From Octopus sinensis (Eukaryota): DNA of 64,000 nucleotides. The stretch is taken from assembly GCF_006345805.1 (NCBI RefSeq), contig NC_043002.1, positions 101,246,001 to 101,310,000 on the forward strand, in the 5' to 3' direction. The notes beneath the pieces were generated by a model, which was given only the letters and a program-made list of their open reading frames with translations, was not told where the DNA came from and made no database searches. This document shows, piece after piece, positions 14,236-25,867 of the stretch. A program made the position numbers and the translations under genes. The stretch's first letter is position 1. Each line of letters starts with the position of its first letter.

Positions 14236-14540
14236 TCTCCCCCCTCCTCATCTAACCCCCCTCTCCCCCTCCTCACCTATCCTTTCTCCCCCCGACCCCT
14301 ACTTCTTCAGTCCTTCATCCTTTCACCCCCACTCCCCTTCCCTTCTTCCCTCTTTCTCCCTCCCTCTTCCCCTTCCCTCTGCTCCCTCACTCCCTCTCTC
14401 CCCTTCTCTCTCCCCCTCTCCCTCTTTCCTCCTCATCCCTCATCCCCTTCCTTCTCCCCATCCTCTCCTCTTCCCCCTTCTCCTCCCCCTCTTCTTCCCC
14501 TCCCCTTCTCTCCCCCTCTTCTCCCCTCCCCCTCTTCTCC
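14225..14540. repeat. C/T-rich polypyrimidine low-complexity tract
   Basis: About 315 nt nearly devoid of G and A on the plus strand. Confidence 0.95.
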
Positions 14541-14589
14541 TCACTACACCACATGACTTTACACATCACATCATATATGATGTGCCATA

Positions 14590-14927
14590 CTAATACATAC
14601 ACCAACTAATACATACTAATACGTACTAATACATACTAATACATACTAATACATACTAATACATACACCAACCCTATACATACACACGTCTAGACCCCGC
14701 ATACGCACTTATACTCTCTCATACACACACACACACACTTATACATACTAATACGTACTAATACATACTAATACATACTAATACATACACCAACCCCATA
14801 CATACGCACGTCCAGACCAATCCTACGCACTAATACTCTCTCATACACACACACACACCCACACCCTTATACATACTAATACACCAACCCTATACATACA
14901 CACGTCCAGACCCCTCCTACGCACTAT
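14590..14927. repeat. Nested minisatellite: 10-bp ATACATACTA units inside about three roughly 130-bp units
   Basis: ACACCAACCCYATACATACRCACGTCYAGACC recurs at about 14666, 14788 and 14881. Confidence 0.85.
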
Positions 14928-15098
14928 TAGCTGGTCCTTCAACCCTATTATCAACCCTATTATCTCCCCTTATTTCGCTCCCGCGTCTCATGTTTGATCT
15001 TTGACCTCGGGCCGAAATCAGATCGCCATGTTGATTCGTTAGCTACTGCACGCATTTTTTTTCTCTCTCTCTTTCTGTGTTTTTTTTCTCTCTGTGTA

Positions 15099-15136
15099 TC
15101 TTTCTGTTGAAGAGCGTAGGCTCGAAACGTTAAAGA
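15099..15136 (+). ncRNA. Non-canonical minimal hammerhead-like motif in PLE pLTR (A6U core)
   Basis: UCUUU-CUGUUGA-A-GAGC(GUAG)GCUC-GAAA-CGUU-AAAGA: 5-bp stem I, 4-bp stem II, stem III reduced to the ACGU palindrome. Confidence 0.5.
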
Positions 15137-15238
15137 CTTGTTTTATTTATATTTCCTGAGCGCCATACTAATACAATTGTTCGTTTGTTTTCCACCTGCC
15201 TTCGTCTTTTGTCTGTTTTCATAAAGCTTCCCGTTATA

Positions 15239-15284
<46 letters not shown>

Positions 15285-15285
<1 letters not shown>

Positions 15286-15495
15286 GTTAGCATGCCGGAC
15301 GAAATGCGTAGCCGTATTTCGTCTGTCGTTACGTTCGGAGTTCAAATTCCACCGAGGTCGACTTTGCCTTTCATCCTTTCGGGGTTGATAAATTAAGTAC
15401 CAGTTACACACTGGGGTCGATGTAATCGACTTAATCCGTTTGTCTGTCATTGTTTGTCCCCTCTGTGTTTAGCCCCTTGTGGGTAGTAAAGAAAT
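15285..15495 (+). mobile_element. Family B SINE, head slightly truncated
   Basis: GTTAGCATGCCGGACGAAATGC...GAGTTCAAATTCCACCGAGGTCGACTTTGCCTTTCATCCTTTCGGGG...AGCCCCTTGTGGGTAGTAAAGAAAT. Confidence 0.9.
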
Positions 15496-16279
15496 ATATA
15501 TATATATATAATTGCTCCACATATTTATTTTCATTGCCTCTGAGTTTATCTTTTTGACCAACCTATTTAAAATCGTGATATTGTGCAGGTGAAGGTACAT
15601 AGTCTAGTGGTGGTTTCGGTTCGCATTCTGGGTGATGTATTATGTTTTTGTACAAAACAGTTCACTTCACGTTGATTCCCTCCATTCGGCTGTAAATGAG
15701 TAACTCTGTGCCGCCGGAAGGGCGTCCTGTTTACAGAAAGTGTTATGATCTCGGTTACTTTTGTACCATGGAAACCGGGTAACCAGTCCTACGAGTCTTA
15801 GAACTCGAGATAGTACTGTCCAGACGTTGATGATGACGATGATGAGAGTGATGACGACGACGATGACGATGATGAAAATTCTGAACCATTTTTAACAACC
15901 ACTTCACATTTATTGACGTTTAAACCGAAAGCGATACAAAATTATCGCGTAATATCAGCGTGAGTTTCCGAATTCCTCTGGTTCAGCAGAATATATCCAG
16001 AATTAATATTCTTACGTCAAATCTAAATATTTATTATTCAAGCAGAACTAACAGGGAAAATCTTATATAAATTTACTTTAACTATTTGTATATGTTTGTG
16101 GTTTTGAAAGCCAATACTGTGCAGCCACTGCTTAACTTCTTTCACTCGTGTTCGTGGCTGTGCATCGTTATACGTTTTCATATGTGTGATAACCGGCTGC
16201 TGGATGGAGTGTAAAACTCTAGGTATGATGATGATAAGGAGTAGGGAAAGAACAAGATAGATAGATAAATAGATAGATA

Positions 16280-16312
<33 letters not shown>

Positions 16313-16652
16313 AAGAGAGGGAGTGTGTGTAGGAATGAAATGACAGAGAAAAGGAAAATTAAGTGGTGTGTGTGAATGAGCCGAGAGAGTTGTAAAAGGA
16401 AAAAGGGCATGCTCTATGTATGTATATATATCGTATCTATCTGTGTATGTGTGTGTGAGTGAGTTTACCGCTTTGAAAGCAGAGTATGTAAATCGGAATT
16501 CGTGCCATCATTGTGTTGTAACAGCAGTAAACAGAATATTTGTATATTCTGATTAGACCGGTGATTAAGATAATATAAATAATGTTTCTGTGAAAACTGT
16601 TTCATTACAATCATAAGTATATACTTTATATATAGTGTGAATTTACCCCACC

Positions 16653-16684
<32 letters not shown>

Positions 16685-16724
16685 GAAGACGGGTATGTAA
16701 ACAACAAACAAATATATTAGTTTA

Positions 16725-16812
16725 ACGCTCGGAAAGTGAGAAAGTCTTTTACGTTTCGAGCTTACACTCTTCGACAGAAAGGGACACAGAAACAAACTGG
16801 GAGAGAAACTAG
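16725..16812 (-). mobile_element. Solo PLE pLTR fragment containing the A6U hammerhead-like motif (16745-16782)
   Basis: Reverse complement CCUUU-CUGUCGA-A-GAGU(GUAA)GCUC-GAAA-CGUA-AAAGA. Confidence 0.75.
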
Positions 16813-17084
16813 AAAAAGGTTTATCATAGTATTATTTTTATAAATCAGCAACGGAACCTGAAAGCTGTTTGGAGCCAAAAGGTTCCATGAAGACCAGTTT
16901 GAGAAACTCAGTTCTAAGATATACAATTTTTTTCTATGTCAAATAAATATATTATACATGTACTTACTAGCTGTATAATAAAATGTTTCCTGAAATATCT
17001 CACATCGTAGAATATAGAATTTAGTGTCATTTATTTGCTTAGGGTTACGCCATGTTGATTTCAAAAATTGACGACATGGCACTT

Positions 17085-18313
17085 CACGAGGTCCGGTTAT
17101 TAAGTATCCGAACTGGTGCTATGAAAACAAAACTACAACACGTACCAATTTGGCATTTAATCTCCTTCAAAGTAATCCCACTCGGAAGCCACATACTTAA
17201 TCCAGCATTGATGGAAGTATTCCTGGAACACGTTTTCTGGGATAATCAGTAGCTGTCTTGTCGCATTGATTTTGATTTCTTCGATGTTCTGAAATCTTCC
17301 TTTTGAGCGGTATTTGATTTTTGGAAAGAGGAAATAGTCGCAGGGGACGAGATCTGGGGAATACGTTGGCTGTGGGGCCCGGGGAATGCTGTGCCTAGCC
17401 AAAAACTGCTGCACAAGCTGCGCTGAATGGGAAGGAGCGTTGTTAAGGTGCAATTACCACTCACCGGACACACGCAATTGTGGCCTTTTTTTTTCAGTGA
17501 ATAGCAGCCCGCAAACGCCGCAAAACGTCACGGTAGTACAACTTGTTTAATGTTTGACCAGGAGGGGCATACTCATGGTGAACAATCCTTTGTAGGCGAA
17601 GAAAACGGTCAACTCATTCGTGCTTTCTTCCCTCTCGAAGAGGTTGGAGTATTTCGCCACGACGACTGAACTTTTGTTTCGGGGTTATAGCCATAGACCC
17701 ACGATTCTTCACCCGTTATGACCGTTTTCAAAAAGTTTTCATTGTTCTCGACACAATCGAAGAGATCTTGTACAACTGAAACCCGAGTGTCGTTTCGGTC
17801 AGCTGAAAGCTGTTTTGGCACAAACTTGGCAAACACGCGTCTCATACCGAAATCTTCAGTGATAATGGACTGTAACTAATCTGCACATCCTCTGATAACA
17901 CACGGATGGTGATTCGACGATTTCCCCTCACAGCTGTACGCACATCTGCGATGTTTTTCTCATTTGTGATGGTTGCAGGTCTCCCAGAACGTTCGTTACT
18001 GTCGACATCTGTTTTGTCATCTTGGAAACGTCTGAACCACTCGTACAGTTGAATGCGACTCATACACTCCTCTCTGAGCAGGTATCACCAAGCTTTCGGC
18101 AAAATTTGATGCAGATTCTCTGCTCAGCTTTTTCTGTCATTGTTAATGCAGCAATCACACGCTACACACTTTCCTTCCAAACACTGCTGAAAATAGCAGA
18201 AGTGAGCGAGCACAACAGAGTTTAAGGTCAACCTGTGTCGAACTGCTTCACTCTGCGTGCTTTGGCATCGTTACTTAGGCAACAGTCCGGATACTTATTG
18301 ATCAGACCACGTA
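17085..18313 (-). mobile_element. Full-length but decayed mariner transposon with terminal inverted repeats
   Basis: Fragments MTEKAEQRICIKFC, YEWFRRF...RSGRP, AKFVPKQL, VITGEESWVYGYNPETK, HLNNAPSH...YSPDLVPCDYFLFPK. About 30-bp TIRs at 17085-17114 and 18284-18313; length about 1.23 kb. Confidence 0.93.
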
Positions 18314-18604
18314 CAAGACTGCCGAATGACTAAAAAATATTTAACCTATTAGTGATGAAGAGAAAAAAATTAAATGTGTTATGTTTTGATTTAAAATTCA
18401 CGCTTCTAATCCCACCATGAATTATCTAGATATGATTATCTCCCTTGTAATAACTGCTGCCAGGGTACACCGCGTGTATTAAGTAATTCTTTCATCACTA
18501 TTCTGGCAAGTATGGTAAATCATGCCTTGCAGAGAAAGTCTAATTAGTTCGAAACATGTCTAAAAATTGTCTGTATTATCAGATAATATTGTACCAACCC
18601 GAAG

Positions 18605-19035
18605 TATATTGTACCTAATGCAAATACATCAGGAAAGGCAAGTTAATTGCGGTGTTCGTCCGGACACAGTATCTTTTCTAGACATGTCGTATTTAAAAAC
18701 ATAAGTATATTAAGGTAGCAGGGGCTCATTGCCAACCACGAACTAAATGCAACACCACTGATGTTTTAATCTTTTTTACCTGTAGAGTGACGGCGGATTT
18801 TGTGTTCGTATGCGGTTGGTAGTGAGGACATGTTACTGACAAAAGCCCCAAAAATCAGAAACGCGCATCTAACATTCTCATCACCACCTTTGGATGATTT
18901 TCGTCTGCTGCTACTGATATATGTATGTGTGTGTTATTTAACAAAGTACGTCCATAAAAGGTTTTATCTCCGGACGAATACCGCAGCCAATTTGACTTCC
19001 CTGATGTATATGCATTAAGTATGGTACATGGATAG
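18605..19035. repeat. Ancient inverted repeat (MITE-like)
   Basis: 18624-18664 matches the reverse complement of 18969-19009 at 34/41 nt, with weaker similarity on both sides. Confidence 0.65.
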
Positions 19036-19363
19036 ATATTTTAATCTAATTTTTTTTCTCTTCGTAACGGATTAAATATTGTAGTAGACATAAATAGTTA
19101 CCCTATGGAAGAACCGTTTATACTTGTGCATTTGATTTGTAGTAGTGAGCTTAATTCACACCATAGTTTGATGCTGTTATTTTTGTTCAGTTCAAAGCTA
19201 GCTTTGATCAAGTACAGATGAGTACAGCTATAACGACGAGGTGAAAATGTTTGTTTCACAAATACGTGGCTTCAGTATCGATATTTACAACAGAGTATCA
19301 GCTATTGGGATCAGATCATGAAAGCTTCACAGCACACACGCACACATATACACAAACACACAT

Positions 19364-19394
<31 letters not shown>

Positions 19395-20574
19395 CACACG
19401 CACACAAGGAAGCATGCTCACGTTGTTGTTTAGTTTCCAAACCAGGCCTGGACGAGCAGAACTACGACTAATGGCAGAGAAACAAAACCCATTTCGTGTT
19501 TCAGGTCAAACACTACTTGGTCTTATATATCATGCATTTTTAAAACATAGTATTGTCCAATTTGAGGGACATTGCCTGCTGTTTCTTTCAAGTCGAGCTC
19601 TCACTTAAAAGCTCTCAAGCTAGCTCGTAATTCCTCATTTTCTCGGCTGGCCATCGTAGATATTTATGGCATTAACCTCTTATATAAAGGAGTTATCTTA
19701 AAATATAAGACGCGTTATAACAAGCAAAGGTTAACAGACTTCAAACTCGCTGATTTATATTGGCCGGCCGTTATTAAGAATTGTCAATTAAAAGGACAAA
19801 TTTTCTTTAATAAATATATCAATAATATGAAGTTTATAGCAATCATTCACTACTGACAGGTGTGGAATATGAGATAAATGTTTACTTGAAAGAAATTGAA
19901 AAAAAAAAAAAAGAAAAACCAAAGCAATTGAAGCGTTCAGACAAAAAAAAAGGGCAATAAAAAATTTGAAGAAAAGAGGCTCACAAAGAATATCTTAAAT
20001 ATAGCTTTTTTTTTTTGGATAAGAAAGTGATTAAAAGTTGATACTAAATCAATGTCTTTAAATGTTTGCAGGAATTCTGTGTTGAAATGTTTGAATATTC
20101 TTACTTATTCTTAAAGCAGATGTTATATGAAATGATTCTATATTAACATAACAAAAGAAAAATTAACGGAAAATAGCATAAAAATTAGCAAATATTAAAA
20201 ATGTTATGGATAGAAAAAAAAAGAGAAGGAAAATCGATAAAACTAAATATCAATAGATCAAACAGCTCAGTACATTTCTATCAGCCACACCTTGTCTCCG
20301 TTTTCGTAAAATTTCTTCTTTAAATCCAAACAAGATCTAATATGATTTTCATTGGCAGTACTCTTTATAAAATGATAACAAGATCCAAATACGTCAAGTT
20401 ATTTGGCTTTTGTATTGGTTTCTTGAAATTTTCTAGTGTAACTTGGTGGATTTTCCTCTTCTTTCACTCTTTCATTCCAACTCAATTCCATAAAAGCATT
20501 TGATGACGAAGTAAAAATCAAGACCTTGTAAAATTGGTATTCTTTTACCTATAAAAAAGAACTCAAGCTCAACT

Positions 20575-20733
20575 ATGTATGCTTGTATGTATGTAAGTAC
20601 GTATGTTTGCATGTATGTATGTATGCATGTATGTATGTATGTATGTATGCATGAGTGTATATATAAGTGTATGTATGTGTGTATGCATGTATATATAAAT
20701 ATATATTCGTGTGCATATCTATATTTATCTCCC

Positions 20734-20772
<39 letters not shown>

Positions 20773-20880
20773 CTGTGTGTGTGTGTGTGTGTGTGTATGT
20801 ATATATACATACATAAATACACATATATATAGAAACACACGCATATACATGCATGTGTGTGCGAGTGCATACGCAGAGGT
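20575..20880. repeat. (TATG)n/(TA)n/(TG)n compound microsatellite
   Basis: Direct reading. Confidence 0.95.
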
Positions 20881-21175
20881 GGGTAGGTAAGTTCGTTCCA
20901 AATTACTTATTAATTTCAAACAGAATGTTTCTTGTACTTTCCTTTTTTCTTCTTCTCCTTCATATAAAAGGATAAAGTATTTTTGAGTTGGTCTCATTCA
21001 CTGATCGAAAGGAATTAAATAATATATTTTGACAAAATGAAACGAATATGAATCTCGCCAAAGACCCGCCTTACTCTTCGATTTCAGTAAAATTTTGTGA
21101 CTAAACCTCCCCCATAATGCCATTCACTCGTTCGGCTTTTAATAACGTTTCAAACTTATGAAGACCGTTCTCATT

Positions 21176-21179
<4 letters not shown>

Positions 21180-21206
<27 letters not shown>

Positions 21207-21350
21207 GCTAATACACACACATACACTGCACACATTTATAGGTGTGAGTTTATTCATACATTTATTTCCTTATATACACATATAAATATGCATACACACA
21301 TATACACATAGGTACACACACACATATGCATATATAAGTATACAAGTATA

Positions 21351-21403
<53 letters not shown>

Positions 21404-21700
21404 ATGTGTGTGTGTGTAGGCATACATATATGCATATATATTTTTACACACAGGCATGCATATATATATATATACATAGGTATACATGCATGTTTACTTA
21501 CACACAGGTATCTGCGCATGTAGATAAATACGTATATAAATATATAGATATGTATGCACAAATATATGTCTATATACGACTCCATAAACATACACAAACA
21601 TACATGCATACATACGTGTGTATGTGTGTGTGTGTGCGTATCCATGTGCGTGTGTGTGCATGCCTTTGTATGTGTGTGTGTGTGTATGTGTATTTTTGGT
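21180..21700. repeat. (CA)n(CG)n and TA/TG compound microsatellites
   Basis: Direct reading; (CG) run at 21192-21208. Confidence 0.93.
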
Positions 21701-22179
21701 TTTCATTGAATAGCAGCATATAAATTTAAACGGAGCAAATCTTTAGAGTTTTAATAAATTTAAAGTATTATAGTTATTTTGCGATTTAATTTATTTTATT
21801 TATTCATTTATTTCTCCAGATAGAGGAGGAAGGATGAGTTTGAAAAGATTCAACAAACACGCTTGTTTAGTTTACATTTTAATATTTCTTTCTACGTTTA
21901 TATTATCGATTGAAAAACATATTCAAACAAATACACTCGTATTAGATTTAGCAATTTAATAGGAATACATGCCAGATCTCATTCTATTTCTAATATGTTG
22001 ACTAAAATTATTAATATTAAAAGCTACATTACGGCAAATGTTCAGTCGAAACTGTCTTTAGATAAAATTGCATTCTGAGAAATCATAAGAACAAGAAAAT
22101 ATTTTCAGTTTTTTGAAATATGAAGGATATTTCGAAAACCATTGAATTTATTATGATTTAGCAGAAATTACACATATAC

Positions 22180-22210
<31 letters not shown>

Positions 22211-22359
22211 TGTATGTATGTATGTATGTATGTATGTATGTATGTGTGTATAGCTATAGACACATATATATTTACACGCATATATTATATATACATTTAA
22301 ACACACACACACATTCATATATTATTGCACATATGTTTATATATAAATGAGCAGTATAA

Positions 22360-22495
22360 GATCTGATGAGCAGACTTGCCGTGAGTTAACTTGTGGATGT
22401 ACATTTGTAATGTATAAAGCTGATCATATGTGTTAATGCAAAACTGTACACTGATATTAATACTGAATGAAGAAGGTTGTGAAACGGCCGTAGTC
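22360..22495 (+). ncRNA. Putative type I hammerhead ribozyme with about 100-nt loop II
   Basis: GAU-CUGAUGA-GCAG...UUGU-GAAA-C(GGCC)G-UA/GUC. Stems I (3 bp) and II (4 bp, two G-U) are weak. Confidence 0.45.
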
Positions 22496-22580
22496 CTAAG
22501 GACGTCACATGGTTAAATAGATATACATTCACCTCTCATACTTTCTATCTTTATGTGCATACCTGCATGCTTATATGCTT

Positions 22581-22914
22581 TGGCACCTTGGGCAAGTGTC
22601 TTCTACTCTAGCCTCGGGCCGACCAATGACTTGTGAGTGGATTTGGTAGACGGAAACTGAAAGAAGCCTGTCGTATATATGTATATATATATATGTATTA
22701 TGTGTTTGGGTTTGTGTGTCTGTGTTTGTCTCCCTAGCATTGCTTGACAACCGATGCTGGTGTGTCTACGTCCCCGTCACTTAGCGGTTCGGCAAAAGAG
22801 AGACCGATAGAATAAGTACTAGGCTTACAAAGAATAAGTCCCGGGGTCGATTTGCCCGACTAAAGGCGGTGCTCCAGCATGGCCGCAGTCAAATGACTGA
22901 AACAAGTAAAAGAG

Positions 22915-22915
<1 letters not shown>
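22581..22915 (+). mobile_element. Family C CORE-like SINE, near complete apart from the head
   Basis: GGCACCTTGGGCAAGTGTCTTCTAC (CORE-like), internal (TA)n, tail ending GACTGAAACAAGTAAAAGAGTA. Confidence 0.88.
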
Positions 22916-23164
<249 letters not shown>

Positions 23165-23165
23165 A

Positions 23166-23949
23166 ATAATTAATTAATAAGGGTGAGAGAATTAGATACT
23201 AATTTAATAGTATATCTATTCAACACCAAGTGGCCTAGTGCTCCGAGAACCTGGATTATTATAATATTTTATAATATATTATAATATTTTTACAAAATAA
23301 ATATAAGAGAGTGGTCACTATATGGCTCACTCTAGCACTAGTTAATCCAAAAGGTTTCAACCACAAAAATACATGTTCCCATGAAAGTCAGTACGATTGT
23401 TAGCTCACACGGACAGGGCAAATAAAAAATAACAAAAATACAGATTATTTTGGGACAATTGTTTCGCTATTAATGAATTAAATGTAATTTTACTTACAAA
23501 AAAATCCACTTGTAGCTCGTCAGCCAAAACTATCTGGATGAAATCCACTCAATCACACGCCAGATTTTACCATAACGATAAATACACGTGTGGTTCAATT
23601 GATTACATCCGACGTTATAATTCAAATGCCCCAACTAACAGCGCGCCAAACTTTCACGGAAAACAAATACTGCATTTAGAAATAAATGTAGCATAATTAT
23701 AATTAATTAATAAGGTGAGAGAATTAGATACTAATTTAATAGTATATCTATTCAACACCAAGTGGCCTAGTGCTCCGAGAAACCTGGATTATTATAATAT
23801 TTTATAATATATTATAATATTTTTACAAAATAAATATAAGAGAGTGGTCACTATATGGCTCACTCTAGCACTAGTTAATCCAAAAGGTTTCAACCACAAA
23901 AATACATGTTTCCCATGAAAGTCAGTACGATTGTTAGCTCACACGGACA
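23166..23949. repeat. 250-bp direct repeat pair (23166-23415 and 23699-23949)
   Basis: Identical by eye except for three 1-nt homopolymer indels. Confidence 0.95.
23448..23529 (-). ncRNA. Type I hammerhead ribozyme, intact (HHR-B)
   Basis: UUUUGG-CUGACGA-GCUA[long loop]UAGC-GAAA-C(AAUU)G-UC/CCAAAA. All core nucleotides canonical, 6-bp stem I, palindromic loop III, GUC cleavage between 23454 and 23453. Confidence 0.85.
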
Positions 23950-23986
23950 TATCACACATTATTAAGCAACAGGATATCAAGAGGTG

Positions 23987-24074
23987 ATGCAGTACGACCG
24001 TTTCAAGCGGCTCCATTTAATTGAACATTACAATCATAACATCAGTTTAAATGCGGCGATATCCTCAGCTGCAT
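23987..24074 (-). ncRNA. Type I hammerhead ribozyme (HHR-A) with imperfect base of stem II
   Basis: AUGCAG-CUGAGGA-[stem II with inner CAUUUAA/UUAAAUG]-GAAA-C(GGUC)G-UA/CUGCAU. 6-bp stem I, GUA cleavage between 23993 and 23992. Confidence 0.72.
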
Positions 24075-25867
24075 AAATAAATAGAATGTTTTTAATCGGT
24101 TGGACACATGAATGTAATTTTACTCAAATTCTCTAATAGAGCAAAAACTAGAGGACAGTGTCTGTTCAGAATGGACAGAGAGAGTGAGTTGACAGTTTAT
24201 AGTTGGGTATGGTCATAAATATTGTCAGGATTTTAAGAAATGTGTAAGTAATTGTCTATAAGGAAGCCTGGTAGGGGAAGACCCTAAATCAAGATGTGGC
24301 ATACCTGCAGATTTCTGCACCTCCGAATTTGGATGATCATAACTTTCAGAAAAATGGATATTTTTAATGAAAATTTCGAGGAATATGTGTTTGTGGGGAA
24401 AAGTGTTTTAGGAGGGGTGGGCTGGGGAATTTCGGAAAATTCACTGGCGTCCACTTCAATTCGTCTTAACTTTCAAGAAAAAGGATATTTTTTAACGAAA
24501 TTCTCTACAAATATAGCTTGGACTAAGTAGATTTCAAGAGCATAAGAATTTTGGGGGAAAACAACTGGGGGCTATTTTTGAGAAACGTTCCCCACTAGGG
24601 GGTGTTTTGGAACAGGTCGTCCATATTTGTTTCATTTTCTCCGTTTTGTGTATTTCTGCATCCGTAGATTTCTACTGAAGCAACAACGGGCAATGAAGGC
24701 AAATGAAACCCTCACCAGAAAACTCTTATGCTAAAAATAACAGCTAACGGTCTGGTACACAGAAATATGTTATTAAGACGACTTATCTGTTGCATACGAT
24801 CTTTTTTTCACTTTAAGTAAATTCCCAGGTAAACTATCATGGGGTAGAATGGATGATTGTATATAAACAATATTGTTATGCTGTATGAAGATAAAATTTA
24901 AGATTACTAAAAATGATATTATAACCAGAATAGATAAACTGCTTATATATATATATAGCAATTTTCAACATTAGAAAGGGAAGATTATATAGAATTAGTT
25001 TAATTTTCATTCCTGTACTTAATTATTTACTTATAAGATGGTCTCTATAAAGATTGCTCTGGGTATTTACTTATGGATTACTGAGGCGATAAATCATGCT
25101 ATCTTTATATTAATTGTAAGCTAAGAATAAAAAAAATCAGAAAAATAAGTTGTGCACAAATACATACACGTATATGTGCACACATGCAAATATACACAAA
25201 TATTTGTACTTTATTATGGGTAAGTTATGCCTTAGTTATCATTGAATCCTATCTTGGAGGTTTTCTGCGTTGCTATCTCAGACAATAAAAAAAGAAATAG
25301 ACGCAAAAGAATACCTTCTAGGTAATGGGATCGATTCGTTCGACTAAAACTTTTCAGCATGGCTTCAGTCTAAATGACCGAAACAAGTAACAGAAATAAG
25401 ATCCACCTCCCAATATTATAACACCATCTGTAATAATATTTCCAGTATATTTTCTATAAACTCATTTCCCAATGCTATAACACAGCCTGTACGAAATATT
25501 TTACTAACCACTTTTAAATACAACTTGCACGATAAATATTCTACACAAACATCTCCCAGCATTTATTGCATACATTATAAGTCACAGAGTAGTTTCCCTA
25601 CAATCACTTCGCAATTCTATGATTCATCTTGCACAATATATTTTACATAACGATTCAGTGTCATGATACAACTGGGGCCAAAGACAGACACCACTTAGTA
25701 TTTACATAATAAGCTAGAAATAGAAGCCAAGTTTCTTAAAACAGGATAGGGCACATAAGATAATTTAGCCTTATATAACCATAAACACATTCTGAATCAG
25801 CAAATCTAAGAATAAATTATAACAACGACATCACAAACGACTATATATATATATATATATATATATT

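Larger units (their letters stand above)
13371..15236 (+). mobile_element. 5'-truncated Penelope-like element (RT thumb, GIY-YIG endonuclease, 3' region and pLTR)
   Basis: TSIHYKHTDSHSYLNFSSSHP...IPYSQFLRLRRLCS; C-x4-C-x2-C linker; NIIYCISCSLCNSLYIGQT...RFAEH...REQELIFSLRSYTPFGLN. Terminal repeat 15000-15236 matches the solo copy at 51787-51995. Confidence 0.93.

Noticed and set aside
14225-14605. Pro/Ser-rich and Glu/Arg-rich ORFs
   Set aside because: Translations of the polypyrimidine tract.
18525-18570. GAAACATGTC with ACAUGU palindrome
   Set aside because: No recognisable CUGANGA core or stem I upstream.
20280-20480. GSCYHF...SCLDL lectin-like peptide on the minus strand
   Set aside because: Short, stop-bounded and AT-rich; no convincing acceptor.
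23166-23949. LTR retrotransposon or CRISPR-like reading of the direct repeats
   Set aside because: No TG...CA termini, primer-binding site or polypurine tract seen; only two long repeats; eukaryotic context.
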